64,000 nucleotides of DNA from Paraspadella gotoi (Eukaryota; Animalia; Chaetognatha). The notes below the pieces were generated by a model. It did no database searches. It was given only the letters and a program-made list of their open reading frames with translations, and had not been told where the DNA came from. The translations under genes were made by a program, and so were the position numbers. Where the stretch lies: assembly GCA_051294375.1 (NCBI GenBank), contig CM119267.1, forward strand, positions 3,619,793 to 3,683,792, in the 5' to 3' direction. Position 1 is the first letter of the stretch, and each line of letters begins with the position of its first letter. This document shows positions 14,001 through 24,300 of the stretch, piece by piece.

Positions 14001-16646
14001 TCATCTACTGATGTTTTTGATCGCCTCGACTTGGGTCCAGTTTTGGAAACGGATTCTGACTGTGAAAGAAATATTTCGGACGATGACAATGAGAGCGTCA
14101 CGTTAACCGAGCCTGTAAAAAGGTTTGAAGTGGATATTGTTGACATCGACAGTTGCAATTTGTTAGGTACATCAGTTCACAGTATTTCTCGTGTCATCGA
14201 TGCGACTAGCAGGAGGGCTCGTGAAAAAGTATCCGATGTAAGCAATGGCAGCATATGTTCAAATGACAATGTAGAAAGTGCAGGAAATTTGGAAGATTCG
14301 TTGAAATCCAGTGGCACTGGTAGAAGTTCTGGATTTTCAACGGAGCAATGCAACATTTCTACAGTTTCTTCCGAGACAATAAAATGGCTGACTTATCGAC
14401 TGGGCCCTGTTCTAACTACAAAATATATCAGTGGAAATTTGTTAAAAATGCTCTCTTTGTGTTACCTCGGTTCAGATCAACTGCAACAACCTTTTGGTGA
14501 TAGAGAAATCGCTAAACTTTGGTACACTGTTAATGGAGATTTTAATGCGAAAAATGTTCTCGATTGTCTTTCGAGCATCGCTGTACAATATGGAGAGCAG
14601 ATCATTCTTCTTCACTATTTTCCTTATCTAGCGGAGCTTATTAGCTCCTGTTCTCGGAAGAATAGATTAAACACAAGGACAGAAGCCGGACTAGTTTCGG
14701 CGATGGTTTTGTTAAGACATTGCCTTCCACTTCTAGCCGATCAAACTCTAATGGATTATTTGCCGGACGTCGTTTTCAGAGACATTTTAAATCCGACGAT
14801 CCAATTGATTTCCAGCCCGAGCCTAGGGTTTCCATCCGGAGCCTTATCGCGATCCGTTATCTGCTTTAAACTCATCGATGTCATGATGATGGTATCTCTT
14901 CGTATTGGTTTCGAAATGACGAGGAAGATGATGACGACTCTATTGACCAAATTCTTCGCTTGTTTCGACAACGTGCATTCTTCCCCAGGAACGGAAGATT
15001 CTAAAGAGATAATCGCCAATTATATCGATGTCGATGCTCACACCGGTCACTTTGAGAAAGAAAAACCTTCGCAATCGCAATTTCAGTCTTTCGCGGATGC
15101 GAAAGAGGTCAAACACGTTCGCTCTTCGAGTCTTTATTCTTTATCCGCGTTGAACATGGAATCTAAAGAGAGCGAAGTATCGGAGAAGGAGGCGAGCCCC
15201 TCGGAGGACGAAGAGCAAAACAAGGCAGAGTTGAAGAAAGTCTTTACATCCGGGTTAGCGCATTCGGTTTACGTTCCGTTCTGTAAATTAGCCGGAAACA
15301 TTCACCTCGATCAGACACTTACCAACAAAGATTTGATTCACTCACTCGTCGCCAAAGTCGAAAGTTCCTTCGCTAACGAGGCGGAAAATTTATCCGCCGA
15401 TCCTCGAATGACCAAGGCGGGTTCGGGGACAGGTTCTTGCAATCCCTCTTCCGTCAGTGGCAACTTTGGGAAAGACGTTGCCGTCTCCGGAAATAGAATA
15501 AACCTCTCAAGTTTGGGTGAAACAGCCACGCCTCCAAGTCCCGCTCGGCCAACGCTCTCACCCGATTTGGAATCGCGAGCCTTGGTCGATTTGACATCCG
15601 TCGATGTTGGCCAATTGAAGAGTTTCGACATGCAGAACGGGAATCGGCATTTGAAAGGCAACTGGCTTCAGTATTGGGAACACGAAATCGGACTGAGCGC
15701 TCAAGACGCCAACAGTTTCGAATTCAAAGGAATTAGATTGCAGTCCTTCGTGGGTCACGCCGGTTCCGTTCGCTCTCTCTGGGTCCTCGACAACGAAAAC
15801 TCTTTCCTCAGCGCGTCCAAGGACAAAACCGTCAAGCTCTGGTCGATTAAAAATTTCGGGGACGGATTGGGAAGAACCTATTCTCGGTGGACTTATCCCC
15901 ATCACAAAAAATCCGTGTTTTCCGTCATGTTTCTCAACTCTTTGCGATTAGTGGCCTCATGCGATTCCACCGTTCACCTCTGGGATCCCTTCATTGCTTC
16001 CGTCGTTCATCAATACGACGCCAACAAACTTCCGCCGGTCAGCGTGCTCGCCCCCGTACCGGCGCCTTCTTCCACTCTCGTCGCCGCCACGACCGACAGC
16101 TCGTTGAAGTTGCTCGATTGTCGAAATCCCGCCGCCGTCAACCTGCCCGACCTCCGCGTTTCCTTGGGGTCCGTCGGTCCGATCCGCTGCGTGGCCGTTT
16201 CCCCCGACGGATCGTGGGTCGCATGCGGGTTTTCATCCGGGATGATCGGCGTCGTTGATCTCCGCACCGGCCTCATTTTGGGCATGTGGAAGGCGCACGA
16301 GGGAGAAGTGTACAAGGTGGAAGCCTTCGATCGCTCCACCATCGTCACTTCCTCCTTCGATCAATCCATTCAAGTTTGGGACATCCACGCCAAAAAGAGA
16401 ATGACTCATCTTAAGGGTCACATGGAACCCGCCCATTGTCTCGCTTTTTTCAAATCCATGGTCCTTTCGGCGACGACGTCCAACCGGATCGGCGTGCATT
16501 CCAACATCACCGCCAACTCCTCCTTCGCAGTCTCCAAACTTCACACGGATGTCTTCAAGGGGGTTTTGACCACCATGTCGATTTTGCCCTTAAATCGGCT
16601 GCTGCTTTTGGGCGCCGACAATGGCAACATCAAATTGTGCTGTTAG
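11094..16646 (+). CDS. WDR81: WD repeat- and BEACH domain-containing protein 81, 1850 aa, single exon
   Basis: Kinase-like start (YQILRAMSFCHSRGLYLGDLRLDDV), BEACH (ISNFDYLMLLNRLAG, RDLTKSKYRLNKGD, WTPDECIPEFY, HHWINLTFGY), C-terminal WD40 (SASKDKTVKLWS). Confidence 0.95.
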   Translation: MKTEYEELVSSQLRLPTGFSRSEDEGNRVTILTTCDWLTFVQSQGRLPNEDVLSGRISEDDRVRNLAPSTQLVPAPWIRVRVIVEPKSDAVVQVVVDSDAEESGPGETPFLNLASFVADSFYENVWRSFNGGDRPPRRRIVEKRRDDAVVAALEALYEPGEARDGVGVGLSEDPTASSISTTGGHPNIDPCYCVLDCRKAVLILQPYSPFSLFHAATYTQSLLTDNYAKSLFVSYQILRAMSFCHSRGLYLGDLRLDDVSVNEKLWVKIFPKSLEDTFVGGDNRRGNEGKSLCESGVDWKKPLNVLTQQWVEGLISNFDYLMLLNRLAGKVKGDPNNHPILPWVVDFLSPQNYRDLTKSKYRLNKGDHQLDLMYESQQLQIPVAHDVGNCFHQDFARTPHHISDMLSDITYYVYCARRIDKSTLCAHVRSNWVPNEYPSSMQRMYLWTPDECIPEFYTEPSIFTSIHEDLPNLDIPHWAESPEDFIVKHRQILDGPYVSRHLHHWINLTFGYMLSGQPAVSNKNVCLRLVDGHEEISAHGVVQLFTHPHPQKLVKEINQPSIIETNNLRVNIELNADDLSNCHIAISTPFTDTHTEDAIEASVESTEKKSSKSSKDESKRLSIDSKILLPEGFNPLAQLEGVEALYNFVSKSMHRTPQSDVCAIDNSDSISQSRVQRDMECFAVLMAEMILAKRLRFELGDKLLSWEERRQIVRTVFGERFTEIPRPFRRILKILLLEGSIESNFYGAPLTPYVLLHPLVDIIAFPAFFSELYSFIKKLHFFNDSHCSYSESTSNLANTESRNKVDLCAKVLPSLLPNLTGECQEILLPYLKDLFINPQTAVASAWHLFGIIATNFGPEKIIKDFLPSLVKLFQDEGSTSKHMKLYHRTFMLQMMVGLGLQTFLLSFSTLLVEATAGFKNFDDDFIETVEVEIKEIPDEILLRQETYSENEEENSIVRSASSQTKSDSSSSTDVFDRLDLGPVLETDSDCERNISDDDNESVTLTEPVKRFEVDIVDIDSCNLLGTSVHSISRVIDATSRRAREKVSDVSNGSICSNDNVESAGNLEDSLKSSGTGRSSGFSTEQCNISTVSSETIKWLTYRLGPVLTTKYISGNLLKMLSLCYLGSDQLQQPFGDREIAKLWYTVNGDFNAKNVLDCLSSIAVQYGEQIILLHYFPYLAELISSCSRKNRLNTRTEAGLVSAMVLLRHCLPLLADQTLMDYLPDVVFRDILNPTIQLISSPSLGFPSGALSRSVICFKLIDVMMMVSLRIGFEMTRKMMTTLLTKFFACFDNVHSSPGTEDSKEIIANYIDVDAHTGHFEKEKPSQSQFQSFADAKEVKHVRSSSLYSLSALNMESKESEVSEKEASPSEDEEQNKAELKKVFTSGLAHSVYVPFCKLAGNIHLDQTLTNKDLIHSLVAKVESSFANEAENLSADPRMTKAGSGTGSCNPSSVSGNFGKDVAVSGNRINLSSLGETATPPSPARPTLSPDLESRALVDLTSVDVGQLKSFDMQNGNRHLKGNWLQYWEHEIGLSAQDANSFEFKGIRLQSFVGHAGSVRSLWVLDNENSFLSASKDKTVKLWSIKNFGDGLGRTYSRWTYPHHKKSVFSVMFLNSLRLVASCDSTVHLWDPFIASVVHQYDANKLPPVSVLAPVPAPSSTLVAATTDSSLKLLDCRNPAAVNLPDLRVSLGSVGPIRCVAVSPDGSWVACGFSSGMIGVVDLRTGLILGMWKAHEGEVYKVEAFDRSTIVTSSFDQSIQVWDIHAKKRMTHLKGHMEPAHCLAFFKSMVLSATTSNRIGVHSNITANSSFAVSKLHTDVFKGVLTTMSILPLNRLLLLGADNGNIKLCC

Positions 16647-16794
16647 TCTCCTTTTTTTCTTTTAATTTTTTTTTTACGCGACTTATACCCCAGAGTTTCA
16701 TTACTTTTTATTTACTCGTTTTATGGTTTATACAGTATTTATAGGAGGCGATGAAGGAATAACTAATAGTTTTTCCTCCGCGGTAAAAGGGACG

Positions 16795-19700
16795 ATGGAT
16801 TCTTCCGTCGACACTTATCTTATTCCTGATTCGAACAATACTCAAATACATAATCTAGTCGAAGATGTCAACAAACTTTCGATGGGCGAAGAAGGGCCGT
16901 CCGTCCAAGGGACTCCGAACGACGGACGCACGGACGAGCGACCGCTTTCCGCTCGGACGCGATCGCGGCGAAAGAAGCAGTTTGCCAAGAGCAGCTGCGG
17001 CGGCGGCAATGAAACCCCTTTCCGCCCCGCAGAGGTCGCGACTCCAAAAAGACCCAATTCCGCCAGGACGAGATCCCACCGACAATTATTACAGAGTGAG
17101 TTAAACCAAAAAATTTATTTAATTTCGGAAAAATAAGTACTTTCCGAACATTACGTACATACAATTCAGATTCTTTTCTTTGTGTAATCCTTTCGTTTCG
17201 TTGCTTTAGGAATTTGCAGGAATAAGTTTGATTTGTTTGTGACAACGATTTGTTTTATTTCATTTTAGAAACGGACATGTTTCGGCTTTGAATTCAAGCC
17301 TTCATCAGCGTTGACAGATTTGTAAATTATATTTCAAATTTGTGCATAAAGAAGACTTATTTATTAATAGCTAATTGTTAAAGTTAATTCAGTTTATAAA
17401 TTTATTATTTGTTGTACATTGTACAATTATTTTCAACTTCACCCTGTGACTCTCTCTCTCTCTCTCTCTCCTCTTCTCTCTTTTCAATATCATCATTTCA
17501 ATTTCCCTTCACAAACTAATTCTATTCTGTTCATAACTTAAATTTGTCCTCAACATTGACCACTGTTCTTTCGCAAATCTGTGTTGGGAAACTTTGCCCT
17601 TTGTCTCTCTCTTTTTAATTCTATTTTGTTCACAACTTAAATCTGTCCTCAACATTGACCACTGTTCTTTCTCAAATCTGTGTTGGAATACTTTGCCCTT
17701 TATCTCTCTCTCTCTCTCTGTCTTCTTTATGCACAAGTTTGAAATATAATTTACAAATCTGTCAACGCTAATGAAGGCTTGTATTCAAAGCCGAAACATA
17801 TCCGTATCTAAACTGAAATAAAACATAGTTGTCACAAACAAATCAAACTTATTCCTGCGGATTCTTTTCTAAAATGATTCCCGAATCACATAACTAATTT
17901 TTTTTTATTCTGACATCAGACGGTGATTTGACCGACGGTCGCCCCAAGTCTGCCGGCGTCGCCTCGCGAAACCGACGACGAAAAGACGTTAAGGATCAAC
18001 TAAACTCCTTCGATGGCGCCTCTCCTCGATGGCCGGACACTAATCCCGAAACTGGTAACCAAAAACAATGCAAAAAAACCTTCAATGTGGCCGCCGGGGG
18101 TCGCCAAAACTTTAGACAGAGATGGGGCAAACCTTTCAAGGGGCGTCGACGAAGCTCAAGCAAAACCGAGGATGAAACTCACTCAAAACCCAAAACGCCT
18201 TCCACCGCCGACGACGATTTAAACGCGACGCCACAACAACAACAACAATCGGCTCGATCGAAAAGCGGGAGACGCCGCCGCCGACGCTCGACCAAATCCG
18301 ATTCCGAGGCCTACGTCGTTGGATCCTTGGAGGAAAACTTGCAGCCTTTGATGGAGTCTTTCGTCAAAGGATTGCCCACCGGTCTCGTCTTCGATTCGCA
18401 AATGAATCAACATCGGTCACATCATCGCGCCTTTCACGTGGAGCGACCCGAGAGAATAATCGCCATCTACGACAAAATGTGCGAATCGGGGCTCGCGAGT
18501 CGCTGCGAATCAATCGCCGCCCGTCCCGTTCACGATGAGGAGATTCTTTCCTTTCACGACGAGACTCTTCTGGAAAAATTGAAGTCGGCCGAAAATCGTT
18601 GCGAAGGCGATGAAGAGTCTCGCTCCGTTTTTGACGCCCTCACAGCCTCACACGAGGACGTTTACTTTAACGCGTCGACGGCGGAAGCGGCGCGCCTTTC
18701 CGCCGGGGCCTGCGTCGATGTCGTCGAGCGGGTCGTCGACGGTAGTCTCAAGAACGGGTTCGCCGTGGTACGCCCGCCGGGGCACCACGCCATGCGTTCC
18801 GATTTTTGCGGATTTTGCTACTTGAATAACGCCGTTCTCGCCGCCAAGCACGCCGTGGACAATCTGGGTTGCGGCAAGGTGCTCATCGTGGACTGGGACG
18901 TGCACCACGGACAAGGTACTCAGTACGCCTTTTACGACGATCCGCGTGTTCTCTACTTTTCCGTCCATCGCTACGCATTCGGCAGCTTTTGGCCTCACCT
19001 TCGGGAGTCCGATTACGACGCCATCGGCGAGGGCGAAGGCTTGGGCTTTAACGTCAACGTGCCTCTCAATAAAAAAGGATGCACCGACGCCGATTACTTG
19101 CACATCTTCTTTCAAATTCTTCTTCCCATCGCCTACGAGTTTTGTCCTGAACTCGTCATTGTCTCCGCCGGATTCGACGCTGCCCTGGGCGACCCCTTGG
19201 GCGAGATGCGCGTTACCCCTTCTGGTTTTGCTCAAATGATTCGACTCGTCAAACTTTTCGCCGAAGGTAAAGTCGTCGTCCTCTTGGAAGGCGGCTACAA
19301 CTTGACGGCGCTCTCGGAATCCGCCGCCGCCACTCTGAGCGAACTGCTGGACGATTCGCCTCCACGACCGCAGATCGGAGGCATGAGGCCAGATCCCCTC
19401 GTATGCGACGCCGTTCACAATCTCAAGTCTGTCCTGCGTCCGTATTGGCAATGCTTTTCCAAAGTCAACCTCTTTCACAGTCATCGGCGTCCCTCTTCGG
19501 AGAGCGCTTCTCCCCCTCCACCGCCGCTATCGCGATCTCAAAAACACGACCTCGTCCAGTTTAAATCTTACGAGAATCCTCCGCGCTGCTATTCGCCAGA
19601 TTATTACGATCCTCAGCCCGAAGAGGAAGCGGCGTCTATCGAAGCCGCGATCGCCGCCTCCGTCGCCCTTCATCCGCGACGCCGCGTCGCCGGGACCGCT

Positions 19701-21221
19701 CTTGTCTACGACTCTGCTATGAAGCGGCATCGTAACGCCGTCGATCCGGGCCATCCAGAAAAGCCGGAGAGGATAGGCGTTATCTACTCTGAGCTAGCCC
19801 GATGGAAACTGTTGGCGCGATGCCATCTCGTGGACTCGCGGTTAGCGACCGAGGCTGAGCTCAAACTTTGTCACGAGGAGAAGCACGTGTCGGCCATGCG
19901 TTCGACGAAGACGTCCGGCGGGCGAGAGTTGTTTAAGATGCAGACGGACTTCAACTCCGTTTATTTAAATCAGTCTTCCTTCGATTGCGCCCGTCTCAGC
20001 TGCGGCTGCCTACTCAACGTTGTCGACGACGTCATGGCAGGGCGGCGACGCAATGGCGCTGCGATTGTGCGTCCGCCTGGACATCACGCCGAGCGCCACG
20101 TAGCCTGCGGATTCTGCCTTTTCAACAATGTGGCGGTCGCGGCGCGATATGCGCAGGCGCGGTTCGCCGGCGTCTGTCGCCGCGTGCTAATTGTTGACTG
20201 GGATGTTCATCACGGAAACGGGACGCAGCACATCTTCCAAGACGACCCGAGCGTCCTCTACATCTCCATTCATCGACACGACGACGGCGGGTTTTTTCCC
20301 TGTGGTGACGACGGTGACTTCGACCGAGTCGGCTCTCGACTCGGCGCCGGGTTCAACGTCAACGTCCCTTGGAACACCAACGGGCGACGAAGTGTCGGTG
20401 ACGCGACTTATCTCTCCGCCTTTCTCGACGTCGTGATGCCGGTGGCGACGCAGTTCGATCCCGACCTCGTTCTTGTCTCTGCAGGCTTCGACGCCGCTAT
20501 GGGTGACCCCCTGGGCAAGTTCCAGGTGACCCCTATGGCCTACGCCCACATGACTCACATGCTTTGCGGTTTGGCCGAGGGTCGCGTCGTGCTGGCGCTT
20601 GAAGGGGGTTACAACTTGAAGAGCATCTCTGAATGCATGACGGCCTGCGTGCTGACTCTGCTGGGTTGCCCTCCACCGCGTCTTGCACCGCACAAGCGAG
20701 CGATGCACGGGCGTGACAGGCAATCTATCGAAAACGTCGTCAGCGCCCTCGAACCCTTTTGGCCGATTTTGAACTCGAGGATCTTGGCAGAGGAAAGCGA
20801 AGCTGGCATCTCCTCTCCTGTGGATCTTAATCAAAACAAGAAGAAGGAAGTGGACGAAGAGTTGAACGATGTTTTTGAATCTTTAACCCTGCAAAGCACT
20901 CCAATACCTTTCGTCACGAAGCGGGAAAGCCTCGATCCCGATTTGAAAATCAAAATGGCGGAATTCGATTTGAAGTTGGCCGAAGTTCCCGCCGTCGTAT
21001 CGCCCGAAGTTCAACAAGAAGCCAAGCACCTCATCCGGGTTCTCCTTCTCGGACAGGAAGGCGCCAAGCAGTACGAAGAATCTATCGTCGAAGAAGACGT
21101 CGCCGTAGTGGAAGAGAAAGCGCCGCTGCCGCCGCTCGTCTTTAATTTGGAGACTCCCAAAGTTGACGTGGGATCACCCGGGTTAAAGTCGGACGAAATA
21201 ACTGTGGTGGAATGTGATTAA
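16795..21221 (+). CDS. HDAC6: Class IIb histone deacetylase with two intact catalytic domains (HDAC6-like), 1200 aa, no ZnF-UBP
   Basis: Exons 16795-17095 and 17920-21221 (a|gtgagt...atcag|ac, phase 1). Both domains have RPPGHHA, DWDVHHG, SAGFDAA.GDPLG and LEGGY. Confidence 0.9.
17270..17312 (-). ncRNA. Minimal type I hammerhead ribozyme motif (PLE-type)
   Basis: Minus strand reads AACG-CUGAUGA-A-GGCUUGAAUUCAAAGCC-GAAAC-AU-GUC-CGUU: stem I AACG/CGUU, stem II GGCUU/AAGCC, palindromic ACAUGU stem III, GUC cleavage triplet. Confidence 0.75.
17764..17806 (+). ncRNA. Degenerate hammerhead copy (core CUAAUGA = G5A; GAAACAUAUC)
   Basis: AACG-CTAATGA-AGGCTTGTATTCAAAGCC-GAAAC-ATATC-CGTA. Same motif as 17270-17312 with core and stem III substitutions. 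Confidence 0.6.
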
Positions 21222-21348
21222 TTCCGATTGTTTCCAGATTTAATTTGGACGATTATTTTTTATTTTACCATAGAACTATTTTGATTTTTTATGATTACTA
21301 GTTTATTAACGTCTAGGTTAATACTTTATTAGGTTTAAAATAAAACAA

Positions 21349-24300
21349 ATGTCGGAAAATCGACCCTGCGAAACATGCGGCGAAACGGATTATTACGAAC
21401 AGGGCGGATTTTATTATTGCCAGGAGTGCAACACCCAGGTGAGAATATTAAACGAGACACGACAGTTCGGGAAAATCCAAGTAATTCAATTCGCTATATA
21501 ATTTTGAAACAATTTAAATATTGAGGAATAATTCATTTAAGAAAAAAATTTATACTAGTCTCAAGGTATGCGCCGCATCGAAAACGCCAATGAACATTTT
21601 GATATGAGCGGCAATCGTACGTGCATCTACACCAAAGTCGACAAACACATCAGAGAATTGGAGAAGGAAGAGCTCGACTTCGGAATTCCATGGACGACTC
21701 ACGACGCTTTCGGAATTCTTCTAAAGGTACGTTGTTTTTTTGTTTGTTTTTTTTTATGGAAAATCTCGGTCATATGTTAATAATGTTTTTGAGGCTTTTA
21801 GTTAAGTTAGTCGTCCGTTCAAATTTTCTGGCAGGATTGGTTTAGATTTTTACGATAGCCTTTTTCGCCTCGTGTCAAAAACTATTCTTAGGTAATCTCC
21901 AAAGATTGGCATGTTAATGTTTGGCTAGTGTTTTTTATAGGAGGGTGTTCTTTTTTTATAATCATAGAAAACAAATAATATTGTGAAGAAAGCATGACTC
22001 GCCTACGTGTCGTCCAACGAGATTTGGACGCAACTCGCCATGCTAATCTCAACTACAATCGCGAAGCCGAGGCCATGCAAAAAGAGCACGAAGAATATCT
22101 CAAGTATCCCCTCGACGTCGATGCTTGCATAAAAAAGCTGACGGCTCATTCCAAAGGTGGGCGCGGGCAGATTCGTCCGGCAGTTTCGTTCGTTCGTCTT
22201 TGAAAAGCTTACGGGATAATCCGCCTTCCCTCCCAGAGATAAAACCAGTAATGGTGGATCTCCAAGAGGTGGAGCTCCGCTCCATCATCGCGCGTACGGA
22301 ACATATCCTCGGACAACAGCCCATGTTGCTGGACCTGGATTCTCCCGTCAAGATCGTGGCCGACACCCACGGCCAGTTCGTGGATCTTATGCGAATCTTC
22401 GAGAGTTGTGGGTGGCCGCCCAAGGCCAATTATTTGTTTTTGGGGGACATGGTCGACAGGTGGGCGATAATTCATAGAAGGATGCAGCTCGTGGAGTCTA
22501 TTGGCGATTCGTCGTTCCAGAGGTCCTCAGCAAATCGAGACGGTGGCTCTTCTTTTTTGCTACAAAATCAAACATCCGGGAAATATATTTTTACTGCGGG
22601 GAAACCACGAGTCCGGTTCTCTCCATCGTCGTTACGGTTTCCAAGGAGAATGTAAAAATCGTTACAGGTTTTAAAATCCTTGGCGTGCGTGACCAATTTG
22701 ACAAATAACAAATCTACGATTCTACTCCATGGTTTACAACGTCCTTCTTAGTCTCAAATTATGGCGGGCTTTCGTGGAGTGTTTCAATTGGTTGCCAGTC
22801 GCCGCCGTCGTCGATGAAAAGATCTTCTGTTGCCACGGAGGGCTTTCTCCGGATCTCCTCAAGGGCGAGGGGCTGGACAAGATTCGCCAGTTGCCGCGAC
22901 CCACCGAGGTTCCGGACGATGGCATCATTTGTGACCTCTTATGGGCGGATCCCGATCCGGACGTCAAGATGTTTCAGGTCAGAAGAAATGAGAAATGGAA
23001 GAAATGTCGATTGATGACTCGACGATGCTCTCCTCGGCACGGAAATTAGGAGAGCGATCGTGGCGTCTCTTATCTCTTTGGCGCGGCGGTGGTGGAAAAG
23101 TTTTTGGACAAGTACGACATGGATTTGATCTGTCGCGGTCATCAGGTCGCCGACTGAGCTGGCTTTTTCAGATTCGCGCGCGCCTCCCTATTTTTTTGGG
23201 GGTTCAATCGCCCGGCTATTTTCAGGTCGAAACGGACGGTTACTCTTTTTTCGCGGATCGTCAACTCGTTACCCTTTTTTCCGCGCCTAATTATTGCGGA
23301 GAGTTCGACAACGTTGGCGGCATCATGACCGTCGAGGAGGATCTCACCTGTTCCTTTCAGGTCTCGAATAATTGCGCTTTCTTATTATGTAGAGATGGAA
23401 CGGTTAAAAGGGTTCGTCCGTTCCCCACAGGTGGTCCAGCCTGCGGACCAGAAAAAGAAGCCGGCCGGAAAAGACAAGGGGGGAAAGAAGGAAAAGAACA
23501 AGGTGGCAATTGGTTCAAGCGCTTACATCGTCTCTCGGTCGATGTCGTATATTTTATTTCATTCAGAACGCGACTCGGAATTTCAATTACGCCAAAGCTT
23601 GCAACGACACCAACTGCTCCATGTGCTTCGGCGCTCGAACTGCTTCCAAAGGCCCGCGTTGCCCCATTTCCTGATTCGCTGATTATAAAATCTTTTGTTT
23701 TTTTTTTTTTTTTTTTCAAAATAAAAAAATACTTGCGATCAAAGTTTAGTTTTTTATTTTTAAGCACAAGTCACAATTTTAGACGAGCAAAAAATGGCCA
23801 GCTTATCGTCAACTAATAAATACTAATTTAATAAATCGACTACTTAGTATTACTTAGTTAAAAATTCATATTGGTTGTGTCGGGAAGAAACTTTCGTGGA
23901 TTCTTTCATCGGCTTTTATTCATCGGATTCGTTTATGATCGAACATTTATCCATCTATGGATCAATTTGATAAACTTTGTTAATGAATTTTTATTTATAT
24001 GCATTTCTTAGGCTCAAGCGGAAGCACTCGTAAAATTGGGCGCTCCTGCTGCACTCCCGATCTTGGTCGAAAAATTGTGGACGCGATATCAAAGCCGAAA
24101 GTCAGGAACTCCCTTGCCTCGAGATCGTGACACCGCCAAAGATTTGTCAAAAGGTAACTTGAAATAGGAAAATAGGAAAAGAAATAGCTACGCGGTTAAG
24201 CGAGAAAGCAGCCTTTTTCCGTTTACAGGGCTGCCTCCCTTGGCCTCCTGGCGAGCATTTCGTAAACGGAAGGGGAGATGGCCCAAGAAGATTGAACCCT

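Larger units (their letters stand above)
17210..17864. mobile_element. Inverted pair of ~145-bp Penelope-like pLTR fragments in the HDAC6 intron
   Basis: 17210-17356 is a near-perfect reverse complement of 17720-17864. Each arm has a hammerhead-type core followed by AATAAA. The spacer holds a ~99-bp tandem duplication (17517-17611 / 17616-17710). Confidence 0.8.

Noticed and set aside
18648-20834. Long minus-strand ORFs (278 and 215 aa) opposite HDAC6, and similar antisense ORFs elsewhere
   Set aside because: Shadow ORFs caused by GC-rich codon bias of the sense gene; no recognisable motifs.
23142-23229. Direct repeat tcaggtcg flanking a PP1 intron as evidence of transposon-derived intron gain
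   Set aside because: Explained by the CAG|GT consensus at both ends, and the HQ|V position matches what I recall as an ancestral PP1 intron site.
21349-23674. TAF1B zinc ribbon-PP1 fusion protein
   Set aside because: Splicing 21726 to the acceptors at 21940 or 21967 is out of frame with an immediate stop, while 21726>24012 restores contiguous TAF1B.
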